Counted from the first letter of the stretch, positions 13,398-25,741 are shown. The stretch is 62,000 nt of DNA from Octopus vulgaris (GCA_951406725.2 OX597825.1:14962001-15024000), one strand, 5' to 3'. Translations and numbers: made by a program. Notes: generated from the sequence alone by a model not told the origin.

Positions 13398-16291
13398 CCA
13401 ATATCGTTGACAATTCTTGAAATGAAAAGTTTTATGAAAGAACGAAAATGTAACAGATATTATTAATTTATTAAGTTCATTATAGTTATGTTTTTGCGTT
13501 AATATTTGCACCCTTATAAGTCAGTTGTAAGCTGATATATCACCAAAGAACTCTTATGCACGGGCTTCATGTATGTTTCCATGTCTGTAACTTTACATCT
13601 CCCGTGGGTTTTTCAAATTCACAAGATGGCATTTTGTAATTTGTCTACTATGTGTATTTAGTTAAGGAAACACTTTGAGATTCCATATAATTTATTTCTA
13701 CATTAAATTCACACATAAACATACTTCTGTAAAAAAAGAGAAAAATATCACTAAATATGTATTTAGCTTAAGCATATTCTCCATCTTCACAGCCTGCTCT
13801 ACAGGCATTTTAATTACCAATTAAGTTTATTTTCGAATTCCACAAATCAATTATAACGGTATCATTTGCATGCGTTAGGAATAAATAATACACATTAAAT
13901 TCAATATCAATGCACCACTTATTCTTATAGTCTCTGATACCTGTTCATATTAAACCGCCTTCCGCAGCTAAACATGAATATGTTCACAGTATATAACTAT
14001 ATACAATCCATGCCGTCTCTTTTAACTAAATGTGATGGAAAAAATGTGAATATAATGAAAAAAATAGACATTAAGGGAACACGTTGTAACGCATTCTCTA
14101 AAAAAGTACATCTATTCACAACTCGAAGTCCAGGTCTAAAATATTCAGTTCATTTGCATAATAGACGCAATACGATTATGAATATTAGTGCAGGACTAAT
14201 AACACGCACAATTATCAAGCCATAAAGCAGCAGCTTCCATCCATACCCGCTCTGTATTATCTTCATCTATTAAAATGAAACAGATCGCCAAATGCATTCA
14301 CTCTATAGTTCCACTTAGTAATAGTAGTTCTATAGATAACGAAAGCCCCGTAATTAAACCACAGTAAAATAAACACACCACGCAACACAATGACAATTAC
14401 CACTCATTAATATAATACACTGGATAAAGCTTAAAGCACCGCATGCTCGTCATCTTCTATGCGACGCTGTATCACATCCAATGCACCAGCAACATAACAG
14501 CATTCATATTTACACAAGTAATTTCCTATCAAATAATATTAACATACATAACATCACATACTCCACCAAATCAATCACCGGCATTTAATCACAGAATACA
14601 AATAACTCGCAAATAGAAAATCGCATAAGGAAAACAACTTCCATTTTATGAAGCAGGGTTGACATCTAAGTAATGTCGGTGTGTCTAAGCGACCACGTGA
14701 CTCGCTCGAAATGACAGCTAAATTTCTCTTATATGACAGACTATTGTCTTTAAAAACCACGATAACACTGAGCAATGTTTTACTATATACACAGAGAAGC
14801 GGGATATTGACTGTTGATTATCAGTCATTTGAAGTACTTTTGAACTGGATTTAAATAACAAAACAAGTCAGTTCACATAGGAAATTTTTTGCACAAGGAA
14901 AGGGCGGAACATCAACAGAAAAATCAACAAATGACATCTTGATGCCGTACTTTTCTCAAATAAAGCGCTTCATACGAATACTATGGTACATTTGTAGTTT
15001 ATGCAGATACTTGCATAAGATGTTGCAGAGATGAAAATGCTGATGACGATGATGACAATGCTGATGATGACGTCAGGGAGGATGATAATGAGTAAGAGGA
15101 AGGAAAATATCATGAAAATGATGATAATAATGATAATGATGATGATTGTAACAACCATCATACCAATAAAATGGAAAGGCGGCAGTTAAGATAAGAACAA
15201 AATATAAAACTATGCATTAAAAATGCCGAAAATACAGCAACATTGAATAAGAATAACAATCGGTTTACATCTTCTTTAAGTACATGCGTAAGCCGATATA
15301 TCGCAGCGAACAAAAGCCTACAATTTGAATAGCAGAGCGAGAGTGAAAGAAAGTGGTAATAATCTACAGAAATCGGCCATTTTAATTGATTTCTAAAAAT
15401 CACAAATTTGAGCATAGTATTAATCAATGCTTCTCTGTAAATTAACTCTTTCTAAAGATACGTTACATTCTAAGTTTTCATTTAATTCTGCACGCAGAAT
15501 CTCATTACAACTTTAATTTGAAATTCTAACAGCTTTGTAAATTTTGTACATTTGATCAATTTAATTGCGCTGATAAATGACATCGATATGTGGAGGTAAT
15601 GCATGCGTGGATAATGTCAGTATATGTTTTATAACATTTAATTTAATAATTCTGGCAATTGTGTTTCTATCAAGAATATTTTAGATCCAGTTTCAAGAAA
15701 AATTATACTTAACTTTTGAAATACATTAATATTTAATATTGATTCAAGGCAATATAATATATTCATGGCGGTAAATAATGGTAGCATTTATCATTGAAAT
15801 GAAAAAAGCACAAACGTGCTTTATGTATAAAAGAAACGTATGGAGATGATATTTTACTTGTTCTACATTATTTTATGGAATTTATATTACAAGAATAAAT
15901 TGCTTTTCTTAATTTCTTCTCGTTGTCTCTACTAATTGTTTTCTGTGCGTATAAATTTTAGATTGATGAATTTGCTTTTCGTGTAAATGGATGCGCGCTT
16001 ATATAAAGGAATCGATTGCTCTAGATATTTCGGTTCCTTACGCGTAGGCATAAAAGAATACTCTATATAGATTCATGATGCAAATGCTTCATTCCATATG
16101 CATGTTCCAGAATTTCGTTACTATTTTGGGTAACACTTTTCAAGCCATGTGAGGATGAAGAGAATATTCTTTTCACTGAGCTTATTTGATCAATGTGTTA
16201 GAAGCCAAAACGTTAATATATGCATAAAATTCGATTTAGGGTGAAAGTCAGTGCAACGTAGTCTTGATCAGGGTATTGCTGTATATACATA

Positions 16292-16469
16292 GGGAGAATT
16301 CACAAAAAAACAAAACAAAGGATGAAGACAAGTGGTGTAGAAAACAAACAGATGTTTTAGTTTAACGCTCGGGAAGTGAAAAAGTCTTTAACGTTTCGAG
16401 CCTACGCTCTTCAACAGAAAGGAATACAGAAAGAAATAAGGAGAGAAAATAAAGAGAGAAATGTGTGTG

Positions 16470-16470
<1 letters not shown>
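16292..16470 (-). mobile_element. Short repeat resembling a PLE terminus (copy 1; copy 2 at 30109)
   Basis: About 85% similar by eye to 30109-30300. Contains a hammerhead-like motif. Confidence 0.7.
16386..16421 (-). ncRNA. Minimal type-I hammerhead-like motif (A6U variant)
   Basis: Minus strand: CTTT CTGTTGA A GAGC-GTAG-GCTC GAAAC GTT AAAG. Stem I CTTT/AAAG, stem II 4 bp, palindromic stem III. Confidence 0.45.
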
Positions 16471-16539
<69 letters not shown>

Positions 16540-16541
<2 letters not shown>

Positions 16542-16769
16542 TGCGTGTGTTTGTATGTCTTTGTTTGTTCCCCTAGCATTGCTTGACAACCGATGCTGGT
16601 GTGTTTACGACCCCGTTACTTAGCGGTTCGGCAAAAGAGACCGATAGAATAGGTACTGGGCTTACAAAATAATAAGTCCCAGGGTCGAGTTGCTCGATTA
16701 AAGGCGGTGCTCCAGCATGGCCGCAGTCAAATGACTGAAACAAGTAAAAGATTAAAAGAGTAAAAGAGT
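16540..16769 (+). mobile_element. SINE family A, 3' half starting at the internal microsatellite
   Basis: CCCCTAGCATTGCTTGACAACCGATGCTGG ... AAACAAGTAAAAGATTAAAAGAGTAAAAGAG. Confidence 0.9.
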
Positions 16770-17303
16770 ATATATATATACATACACATATATATAACTT
16801 TTAAATTTGTTCACGGAAAACGTTTTCCATATGCAAATATGGCTCCTAGGCTATATAGAATAGTGTATGTGTGTGCGCGTCCGTGTAGGCATGCGTACAC
16901 ATTAGTGAAATGAGGGAATATATAGTAAGCGGAACATGAACAAGTATATCACATATAAATTTCGACAATGTAAAGAAATGGATAATGCGTAGAGAAATAA
17001 AATATTATCGTATCACTTAAGAATTATGCACAAATAAAATACACTGAATGAAAAACAAACCCAAGACACAAAGTAACGCTTTAGTTGTATTCTTCAATGT
17101 AAAGAACGTAAAATAATATTGACTTGGGTAAAGAAAACAGGGACGATAGTAAGAGTACAGCTCCTATTTACATAGCACTCACACATACACCTACACATAC
17201 ACACAATATTCAGAATGCATATTTTGCATTATTTATGTCTGGTGCATCAAGGCACTGTAAAGTTAAATCTCCATTCGCGTAATATGCCCTTTAGAATGTA
17301 TTT

Positions 17304-17722
17304 AAGTTGCCGAGCTGGCAGAAACGTTAGCACGCCGGGCGAGATGCTTAGCTGTATTTCGTCTGTCGTTACGTTCTGAGTTCAAATTCCGCCGAGGTAG
17401 ACTTTGCCTTTCATCCTTTCGAGATCGATAAATTAAGTACCAGTTACGCAGTGGGGTCGATTTAATCGGCTTAATCCGTTTGTCTGTCCCTGTTTGCCCT
17501 CTCTGTGTTCAGCCCCTTGTGGGTAATAAAGAAATAGGTATATCGTCTGCCGTTACGTTCTGAGTTTGAATTCCACCGAGGTCGACTTTGCCTTTCATCC
17601 TTTCGGGGTCGATAAATTAAGTACCAGTTACGCACTGGGATCGATGTAAGCGACTTAATCTCTTCGTCTGTCCTTGTTTGCCCCCTCTATGTTTAGCTCC
17701 TTGTGGGAAATAAAGAAATAAG
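17304..17722 (+). mobile_element. Family-B SINE dimer
   Basis: Full unit to AAAGAAATAG (17537), then a second unit restarting at GTATATCGTCTGCCGTTACG. Confidence 0.9.
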
Positions 17723-19484
17723 AGTGTATTTTGATGCTGATATACACTCTTGTTATAAATATATTGCTCATATCTACATTATGCTGCTGGCATCGGGCAA
17801 TTACTGATTAATTTGATTTATTTAAATTTCTATGATGTACCCAAGTTGTATTGTATGTTATACGTTTATATACACCCGCTCATGTCTTATGCTATGTAGT
17901 CATTAAAGTCATTATTATATTAAGGGGTTTTCATTAGGTTCCTAAACCTTATCAGTTAGATTCCCAAATAGCACCATGTTTTAAAACGGCCGGTATTCAG
18001 ATATATTTTCAAACAGTCAATTAGAATAGGCGAGTCTTGCTTTGAGCATTGTTACTACGAGAGAAAAGTTAGGAATTGAATCACGAATGCACTACTCTAG
18101 GCAGAATATTATTGTTCAAAACCTGCAGGCAAAAAGATAAATAGCCTGACTTATTCATCTCCATTTCAAGCATTTTGAATGTGTATTCCATAATTGATGT
18201 TTTAAAAGAGAAACTTCGCCAAAGTTATAACTGCAAACTTGGCTAAAGTCAGTGGATAGTCGTAAAAAGAAATAATGATATATGGATATATATTATAGAA
18301 GAATCGAAATTTTACTTTTGCTAAACCTCAAAGGTCATTTATCTATGGTCAAATTTTACACTTACCGATTTTATGCAATGCTAAGAAGAATTTGAAAGAG
18401 CATAAGAATATTTTATTACATGTCTTTTTGTCGAATCATCAATACTTCATTTTCATTCTCAATTCTCTCAGTTCAAAAGTTGAAGTGAGGGATAATTTAA
18501 TTTAATTTATTTCGCAGACAACTGAAATTTCTCTGTCAAAGATTCATTGGCTTTTGATGTTTGCAAATCGACTGAAGACATTATAAGTGAGTGTATTAGT
18601 TCATAACCTTTGGTTTACAGCAATATCTGGGGTTAAGTTTGAATATATACAGGAAACAAATTCTCCTGTTGTTGGAAGCCAAAGGAACAATACTGAAATA
18701 AAATAGAAAGAGGGGAGTGAGCAAAGAAGATGAAGGCAAACGAATTGCTGAACTAAGATAGAATAGAGAGAGATGCTTGAGAAGTGTGTGAATTACGTGA
18801 GATAAATAAACATAGGAAATAGGAATACAAGGCTGAGAAAAATAACAAAACGAAGTGATAAGGAGGGGAAACAAGTTACGAACAATATATACAAACATGA
18901 ATCATGGCCAAATGTAGGATAATGGAATGAATAAACGTGCAAGTACATGCATTGGGATATAATTGCAACACACCATTAATGGATAAATATTCGATGAAAC
19001 AATGTTCAGCATCACAAAAGTTTAAGGTTTAAAGCTTGTAACAACCTACAAAATAAAAACAAATCTCCATGTTATCATAACCGATGTGAATATTACTGAA
19101 ATCTTATTCCACGTGACCAAAATTTAACGAAATGTCAAGAGAGCCGTCATCCATTACAACAGTTCAGCCATGATTGTAACACATGCAGTCAGAATTATTG
19201 TTATTCCCATCATAGAAAACCATCATCGCCTCTTCTATATCTGATCGTAAGATCTCTATTAATCTGTAGATAAAACGTAACATTAACAACGCCGGCAAGG
19301 TAGCTCACCAATGCAAAAAGCTTTTTAGTCACTGTTAGTACCAGTATTGCCGCCATTATTCGAGGCCACATTATTATCAAATACCCCGTCATCCAAACAG
19401 CAGAAGCACCAGTATATGTACCATTAAGATTTAGCGTAGCAGCCAGAGTAACAGCAGCAGCGACACGCGCAACCATGACAGCAG

Positions 19485-19503
19485 CAGCCACAGCAGCAGC
19501 AGC

Positions 19504-19559
<56 letters not shown>

Positions 19560-19605
19560 TAGTAATAATAGCAGCAGCAGCAGCAGTAGTAGTAGCAGTA
19601 ATAAT

Positions 19606-19640
<35 letters not shown>

Positions 19641-19641
19641 T

Positions 19642-19675
<34 letters not shown>

Positions 19676-19689
19676 ATAATAGCAGCAGT

Positions 19690-19721
<32 letters not shown>

Positions 19722-19782
19722 TAGTAGTAGTAATAATAGCAGGAGTAGCAGCAGTAGTAGTAGTAGTAATAATAGCAGCAGT

Positions 19783-19814
<32 letters not shown>

Positions 19815-19836
19815 TAGTAGTAATAATAGCAGCAGT

Positions 19837-19868
<32 letters not shown>

Positions 19869-19917
19869 TAGTAGTAGCAGTAATAATAGCAGCAGAAGTA
19901 GTAGTAGTAGTAGTAGT

Positions 19918-19951
<34 letters not shown>

Positions 19952-19965
19952 ATAATAGCAGCAGT

Positions 19966-20014
<49 letters not shown>

Positions 20015-20043
20015 ATAATAGCAGGAGTAGCAGTAGTAATAAT

Positions 20044-20089
<46 letters not shown>

Positions 20090-20094
20090 ATAAT

Positions 20095-20126
<32 letters not shown>

Positions 20127-20205
20127 TAGTAGTAGTATCAGCAGCAGTAGTAGTAGTAGCAGCAGCAGTAGTAGTAGTAGCAGCAGCAGTAGTAGTAGTA
20201 ATAAT

Positions 20206-20254
<49 letters not shown>

Positions 20255-20259
20255 ATAAT

Positions 20260-20305
<46 letters not shown>

Positions 20306-20502
20306 TCAGCAGCAGTATCAGTAGCAGTAGTAGTAGTAATAATAGCAGCAGCAGTAGTAGTAGTAGCAGCAGCAGTAGCAGTAGTAGTAGTAATAATAGC
20401 AGCAGCAGCAGTAGTAGTAGTAGTAGTAGTAGCAGCAGTAGTAGCAGTAGTAGTAGTAATAATAGCAGCAGCAGTAGTAGTAGTAGTAGTAGTAGTAGCA
20501 GC

Positions 20503-20551
<49 letters not shown>

Positions 20552-20605
20552 TCAGCAGCAGTATCAGTAGTAGTAGTAGTAGTAGTAGCAGCAGCAGCAG
20601 CAGTA
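19485..20605. repeat. 1.1-kb compound trinucleotide array (GTA/GCA/ATA)n with higher-order repeats
   Basis: Blocks of (GTA)n ATAATA (GCA)n recur, and rare variant triplets (GGA, TCA) recur in duplicated blocks. Confidence 0.95.
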
Positions 20606-21323
20606 TAATTGGTATTGTCTTAGTCATGGCCAACACTATGATTGTTGTCAATATTTATATGACTTCCCAGGAAACATTAAAACCTGTTTGAAAGCACCGG
20701 CGATACTAAATGTCAGAGGGAAACACTTTGAAGTGGGATTTACGACTATTGTGTTCGAAATGGTCGAACGCATTAAAATCACGCTCCAGCAAATCTCACG
20801 GCGCCATATAGCGATGACAATTCGCTTCATTTATTTGTAATAAACAGTCAATTTTATAACAATTAAGTCTTTAAAATTTTTATAACTGTTAACACTAGAC
20901 AGACGATCGTATATCACGGCAGCAAAATCCGAAATCTGAAAATCAGGTTCCTTATTGAAGGGAAGAAGATATCGTATAGATTTGCTCTATAGCGTCTCCA
21001 CTATAGAAAATCGGAAAGCGTTTTTATATAAGCCATTTACTTCGCATTATTTTCTAACAGAAAATGTGACCGAGTTATGAAAATTAATTGAAAAATAAAC
21101 TGTTGAAACAAGCAGTTCAAATAAGCAGTTCAATATCATCCTACCTCAAGGGAGTTATTACCTCTTATAAGTTATTACCTCTTCAAAAACAAAATAATGA
21201 AAATAGCAATTGGACGGTTAATGTCTGTGTTATAAGAGGAAGGGATTTTTATTTTATCGTGTATGAAGTATAGTGGGATATCGTTAAATGTATAGGCGTT
21301 CGTAAATCATTATACAAATGTTG

Positions 21324-21384
<61 letters not shown>

Positions 21385-21405
21385 GTATATATATATGTAT
21401 ATATA

Positions 21406-21440
<35 letters not shown>

Positions 21441-21443
<3 letters not shown>

Positions 21444-21983
21444 GGAGTGCTACTGGTAACATGCAATCCAGTACAACCTGTTGCATAGTCGGGTCGTCGT
21501 CGAATAAACCGGCAAACCCACCAAGCTTGCTTGGTCAGGAGGGTGTTTATTGGACACCCTGCGGAATGAAAAACAAAACCCGTCAAAGGGTGGAGGAACT
21601 CTTGAGAGTCAACGGCCATCCAATAAATGTCTTACGGTGGTACCATGCGCGGGGACATAGAAATAATCGGACTGAATACCCGATCGCGCGGTTAAACCAT
21701 TGGGAGTGAAGGACTCCTAGCCTTTGTTAGGGCATCCTTCTAGGAGAAGGTAACTCAGATAACTGGGATAACTCTGACATAAAACATGCGGCCCAGTGGT
21801 TATCGATGATGTTAACTTGTTCTTCTTTTCGGATTATGGCTGCTGTTGTTTAGTGAGTGGGATTGACTCAGTGCACAGCCTTTCCTCACTTCAAAAATAA
21901 ACTTCTTGCACAGGCATTGCACGATAACAACATTGATTAAGATTTGCGCAATGGCCATACTCGATAACGAGGGTGCAGCTACC
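21441..21983 (+). mobile_element. GC-richer repeat bounded by (TA)n, resembling an RTE-type LINE 5' region
   Basis: Sharp composition change between TA tracts. Motif GCCTTTGTTAGGGCATCCTTCTAGGAGAAGGTAACTC is recalled as RTE 5'-UTR-like (unverified). No ORF. Confidence 0.45.
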
Positions 21984-21994
21984 ATATATATATC

Positions 21995-22198
21995 CTCTTA
22001 TCTTTTACTTGTTTCAGACGTTTGAATCTGCCGATGCTGGGGCAGTGATTTTAATCGCAGAAATCGACCTCAGGACTTAAGTTTGTAAGCTTAGTACTTA
22101 TTCTATCAGACTGTTTTGACAAGCCGCTAAGTTACAGGGACGTAAACGCACCAACATCAGTTGTCAAGCGATGGTAGGGGGGGATACACAGAAAGGAA

Positions 22199-22241
<43 letters not shown>

Positions 22242-22279
22242 CGACAGGCTTCTTTCTGTTTCCATCTACCAAATCCACT
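21995..22279 (-). mobile_element. Degenerate, 5'-truncated SINE family A
   Basis: CTTTTACTTGTTTCAG, CAGTTGTCAAGCGATGGTAGGGG, GACAGGCTTCTTTCTGTTTCCATCTACCAAATCCACT. Confidence 0.8.
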
Positions 22280-22282
22280 GGA

Positions 22283-22752
22283 TCATAAAGAGCAAAAGGC
22301 AGCCCAAATCAATGAAAAGTCTTCAACTGCAGGTCAACAACATCGAAACCGACAGTAAAATAATGGGGTAAACCTAACTGTGACATATGTGTCAAACTCA
22401 TTGAGGTATCGGAATTCTCCTTGAAACAGGGTCAACGTTTTGCAATGAATAACAACTTCACATATGCATTGGAAAACCTAATATATGTACTAACTTGCTC
22501 AAGATGTCGAGAACGATATATTGGTCGAACTAAAAACAGTATACGCCAGAGGATGACGGTATATAGAACCCACATTAAAATACAGGAATACAGAAAAATA
22601 GGATTAAGCGACCACATGGATATTTGCGCCACAAACGAAATATCGAACTTAAGAGTTTTCCCCTCTATAAATTCAGGGACCGTGCAATCATTAATCTGAG
22701 CATTAACAATTCAGCATATTTCATCGCAAAATATAAATCTATTTTGAATGCT
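22283..22752 (+). pseudogene. Penelope-like retroelement C-terminus: CxxC linker plus GIY-YIG endonuclease (Neptune-like), frameshifted
   Basis: KRQPKSMK, then GKPNCDIC...ENLIYVLTCSRCRERYIGRTKNSIRQRMTVYRTHIK...LSDHMDIC...LRVFP, and terminal YFIAKYKSILN in another frame. Confidence 0.88.
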
Positions 22753-23158
22753 TCCGTCACAGCTGAAGCTACTACAAGAATTTAGAACAATTCCAACCAT
22801 TACAGCTACGACTAGAACAGGTCACTTTTAGGCCATTTGACCATTAAAGAAGATTCCACGAACAATATATTGTTTCACACCACTCCTGTATTTTCTTTTC
22901 TTTCTCCTTCTTCTTGTTTCCTTACTCTTACTTCTACATCTCCTTCTTCTTCTCCTCCACTTCCTCCTCTTTCTTCTTCTTCTTCCTGTTCTTCTTCTCC
23001 CCTCTCAGCTATTCCTGCCTAAACCATCAACTCTCTGTACTCATAAAACTATTTACATAAAACTGTTCACAAAAGAAGAGAAAGAGAGACAGATATTTGA
23101 AGATTATGAAAATATTTACAAAGCATTTCACTGAATTGTTTTTTTTCGTATTTTATCC

Positions 23159-23193
23159 TTAGCTGAAAAATCTAAGTGGGAAACCGGTACTAA
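23159..23193 (+). ncRNA. Decayed minimal hammerhead motif downstream of the PLE ORF
   Basis: TTAG CTGAAAA ATCTAAGTGG GAAAC CG GTA CTAA. Stem I TTAG/CTAA, ACCGGT palindromic stem III, GUA triplet; G8 changed to A and stem II eroded. Confidence 0.5.
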
Positions 23194-23248
23194 AAGGTAC
23201 TTCCTGACAAAATTATTTTATAAACATCTTCTACGCTACAACTGTTTA

Positions 23249-23283
<35 letters not shown>

Positions 23284-23301
23284 CTTATTATATATATATA
23301 T

Positions 23302-23373
<72 letters not shown>

Positions 23374-23965
23374 TGGAATTATGTATGTGTGTGCGTACGC
23401 GTGTGCGCCTATCTCAGATGCGTGAGCGTCCTGGTGTTTTATTTTACACTACTCTTCAGAGCAAGAAATAGAAGGTAAAATGAACTTAAAATGACACCTA
23501 GCTTAAAGTACTTAGGTGTCTATTTTTCAGTTAGAGCGATTGGTTAATTCCTCTTTAGTACACTAAATGCTCAGTAATGTTAGGGAATATGATATATGTT
23601 TCTTCTTTTGTTTCTTCACTTCGAATACATATTATCGGATTTTGCTGTCAACTTCGTACGTTTGTCATTCAATTTGATAATTCGGTCATTTAAAGTCGCG
23701 AAAAATGTTAGCGCCGTGAAGTTACCCATTCGAATTCGTTTTAAGATTATTCAAGTTCGCGCTTCCATCAAAGCATATGGCATTGACATCATTCAAATTA
23801 AAATGCCCGTCGAGAGCATTCAAATTATTCACAGTGCATGGAAGCGTCTTTTCGGGCAATGAAATTCGCACGTAACCATTCGAGTTCGGAATAAATTGAT
23901 CAGTTTAGCAGTAACTTTACATGTGTAATTTATCTCATATTTTAAGAAGTGAATATTAACAATGA

Positions 23966-24288
23966 GAAGGCGCATGGCTTAGTGGTTAGGGCATTCGGCT
24001 GACGATTGTAAGGTCAGGAGTTCGATTCCCGGCGATGCGTTGTGTCCTTGAGCAAGACACTTTATTTCACGTTGCTCCAGTTCCACTCAGCTGGCAAAAA
24101 TGAGTTGTACCTGTTTCAAAGGGCCGGCATTGTCACACTTTATGTCACGCTGAATCTCCCTGAGAACTACGTTAAGGGTACTCGTGTCTGTGGATTGCTC
24201 GGTCACTTGCACGTTAATTCCACGAGCAAGCAGTTCCGTTGATCGTTTCAGCTGGGACCCTCGTCGTCGTAACCGACGGAGTGCTCCT
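23966..24288 (+). mobile_element. SINE family C, full length with 12-bp TSD
   Basis: A-box TGGCTTAGTGG, B-box GAGTTCGATTCC, central TGTGTCCTTGAGCAAGACAC. TSD TATTAACAATGA at 23954-23965 and 24289-24300. Confidence 0.92.
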
Positions 24289-24973
24289 TATTAACAATGA
24301 CAAATTTAAGTGGCATATATTGTCAAGTAAATAATATACTTCGTAATGGGGCAGCAGTTGTATGATATTTTTATCGAACATCCATAAAAAATCTTCGTTT
24401 AGTTATGGTTCACAGGAAAATGTTGATGCAATAATGTCACGAATTACTTGCCTACGTTAATCTTAAGATTTAAGAGAAATGGAAGTCGGAACTAATAGTT
24501 TAGCCACATCTAGTTTTAGATTCCATATTTTTTAATTGGAGGTTTCTAAGATACAGTATCTTCAAAGCAGTTGTTAGCTTGGGCTTTGTTATAGTTAGGG
24601 ACTGCTTTATCAAATGTTTCCTTTGAAGTGGAGTGATTAGATATTCTTTCATTAATGTTGGCTATCAGGTTTTTAAACATTATAGTGGGTAGACAGATCT
24701 GCTTGTGTATATATGTGTGTTTCTCATCTGGTTATTGACAGGAATGCGAGATCAAGACTCGTGGAACGCCATAGAAATCAATCTTGGACTGATTAGTGGT
24801 TATAGAAATGTTGAATCCTAATTGGTTATCGTGTTGTCACGGCATGAAACTATTGTTAGCTATTCTTTAAATACTGTGTATAATTAATTATATGATACTA
24901 CAAATAACCGAACAGAAGACTGCATATATAGACAGGTATATGTATATATATAAGTATATGTATATATATATAT

Positions 24974-25391
24974 TCTTTCTTTCTTTTGCTTGTTTCAGTC
25001 ATTTGACTGCGGCCATGCTGGAGCACCGCCTTTAGTCGAGGAGCAAATCGATCCCGGGACTTATTCTTTTGTCAGGCCAGTACTTATTCTATCGGTCTCT
25101 TTTGCCGAACCGCTAAGTGACGGGGACATAAACACACCAGCATCGGTTGTCAAGCAATGCTAGGGGGACAAACATATACACACAAACATATACACACACA
25201 CTTATATATATATATATATATATATACATATATACGACAGGCTTCTTTCAGTTTCCGTCTACCAAATCCACTCACAAGGCATTGGTCGGCCCGGGGCTAT
25301 AGCAGAAGACACTTGCCCAAGATGCCACGCAGTGGGACTGAACCCGGAACCATGTGGTTGGTTAGCAAGCTACTTACCACACCGCCACTCC
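24974..25391 (-). mobile_element. SINE family A, full length
   Basis: Near-identical to the 14-418 and 52501-52909 copies. Confidence 0.92.
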
Positions 25392-25458
25392 TAATATTTG
25401 GGAGTAAATCCAAACTTACAGGGAAAAATTAGATTTAGGATTAAATCTAATTTTATAG

Positions 25459-25526
<68 letters not shown>

Positions 25527-25531
<5 letters not shown>

Positions 25532-25686
25532 TTAGAGATAAAACCACTATTAGGCAAATCAAACAGTGAAAATCATAAACAATGCATAGAAATAAAATTA
25601 ATTAATAAAAAAATTTTTATTTCTATGTATTGGTTTATGATTTTCACTGTTTGATTTGCCTAATAGTGGTTTTATCTCTAATTTAA
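25527..25686. repeat. Inverted repeat (fold-back), ~70-bp arms, flanked by (TA)n
   Basis: TTAAATTAGAGATAAAACCACTATTAGGCAAATCAAACAGTGAAAATCATAAAC versus its reverse complement at ~25630-25686. Confidence 0.9.
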
Positions 25687-25741
25687 TATAATATATATAT
25701 ATTTATATATATATATATATATGCATGTATATGTGCATGTA

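Noticed and set aside
19431-20651. 406-aa poly-Leu and 377-aa poly-Val/Ala ORFs
   Set aside because: These are automatic translations of a trinucleotide array.
23966-24040. tRNA-like heads of SINEs C and D
   Set aside because: A and B boxes are present but there is no complete cloverleaf, and they continue into SINE bodies with TSDs.
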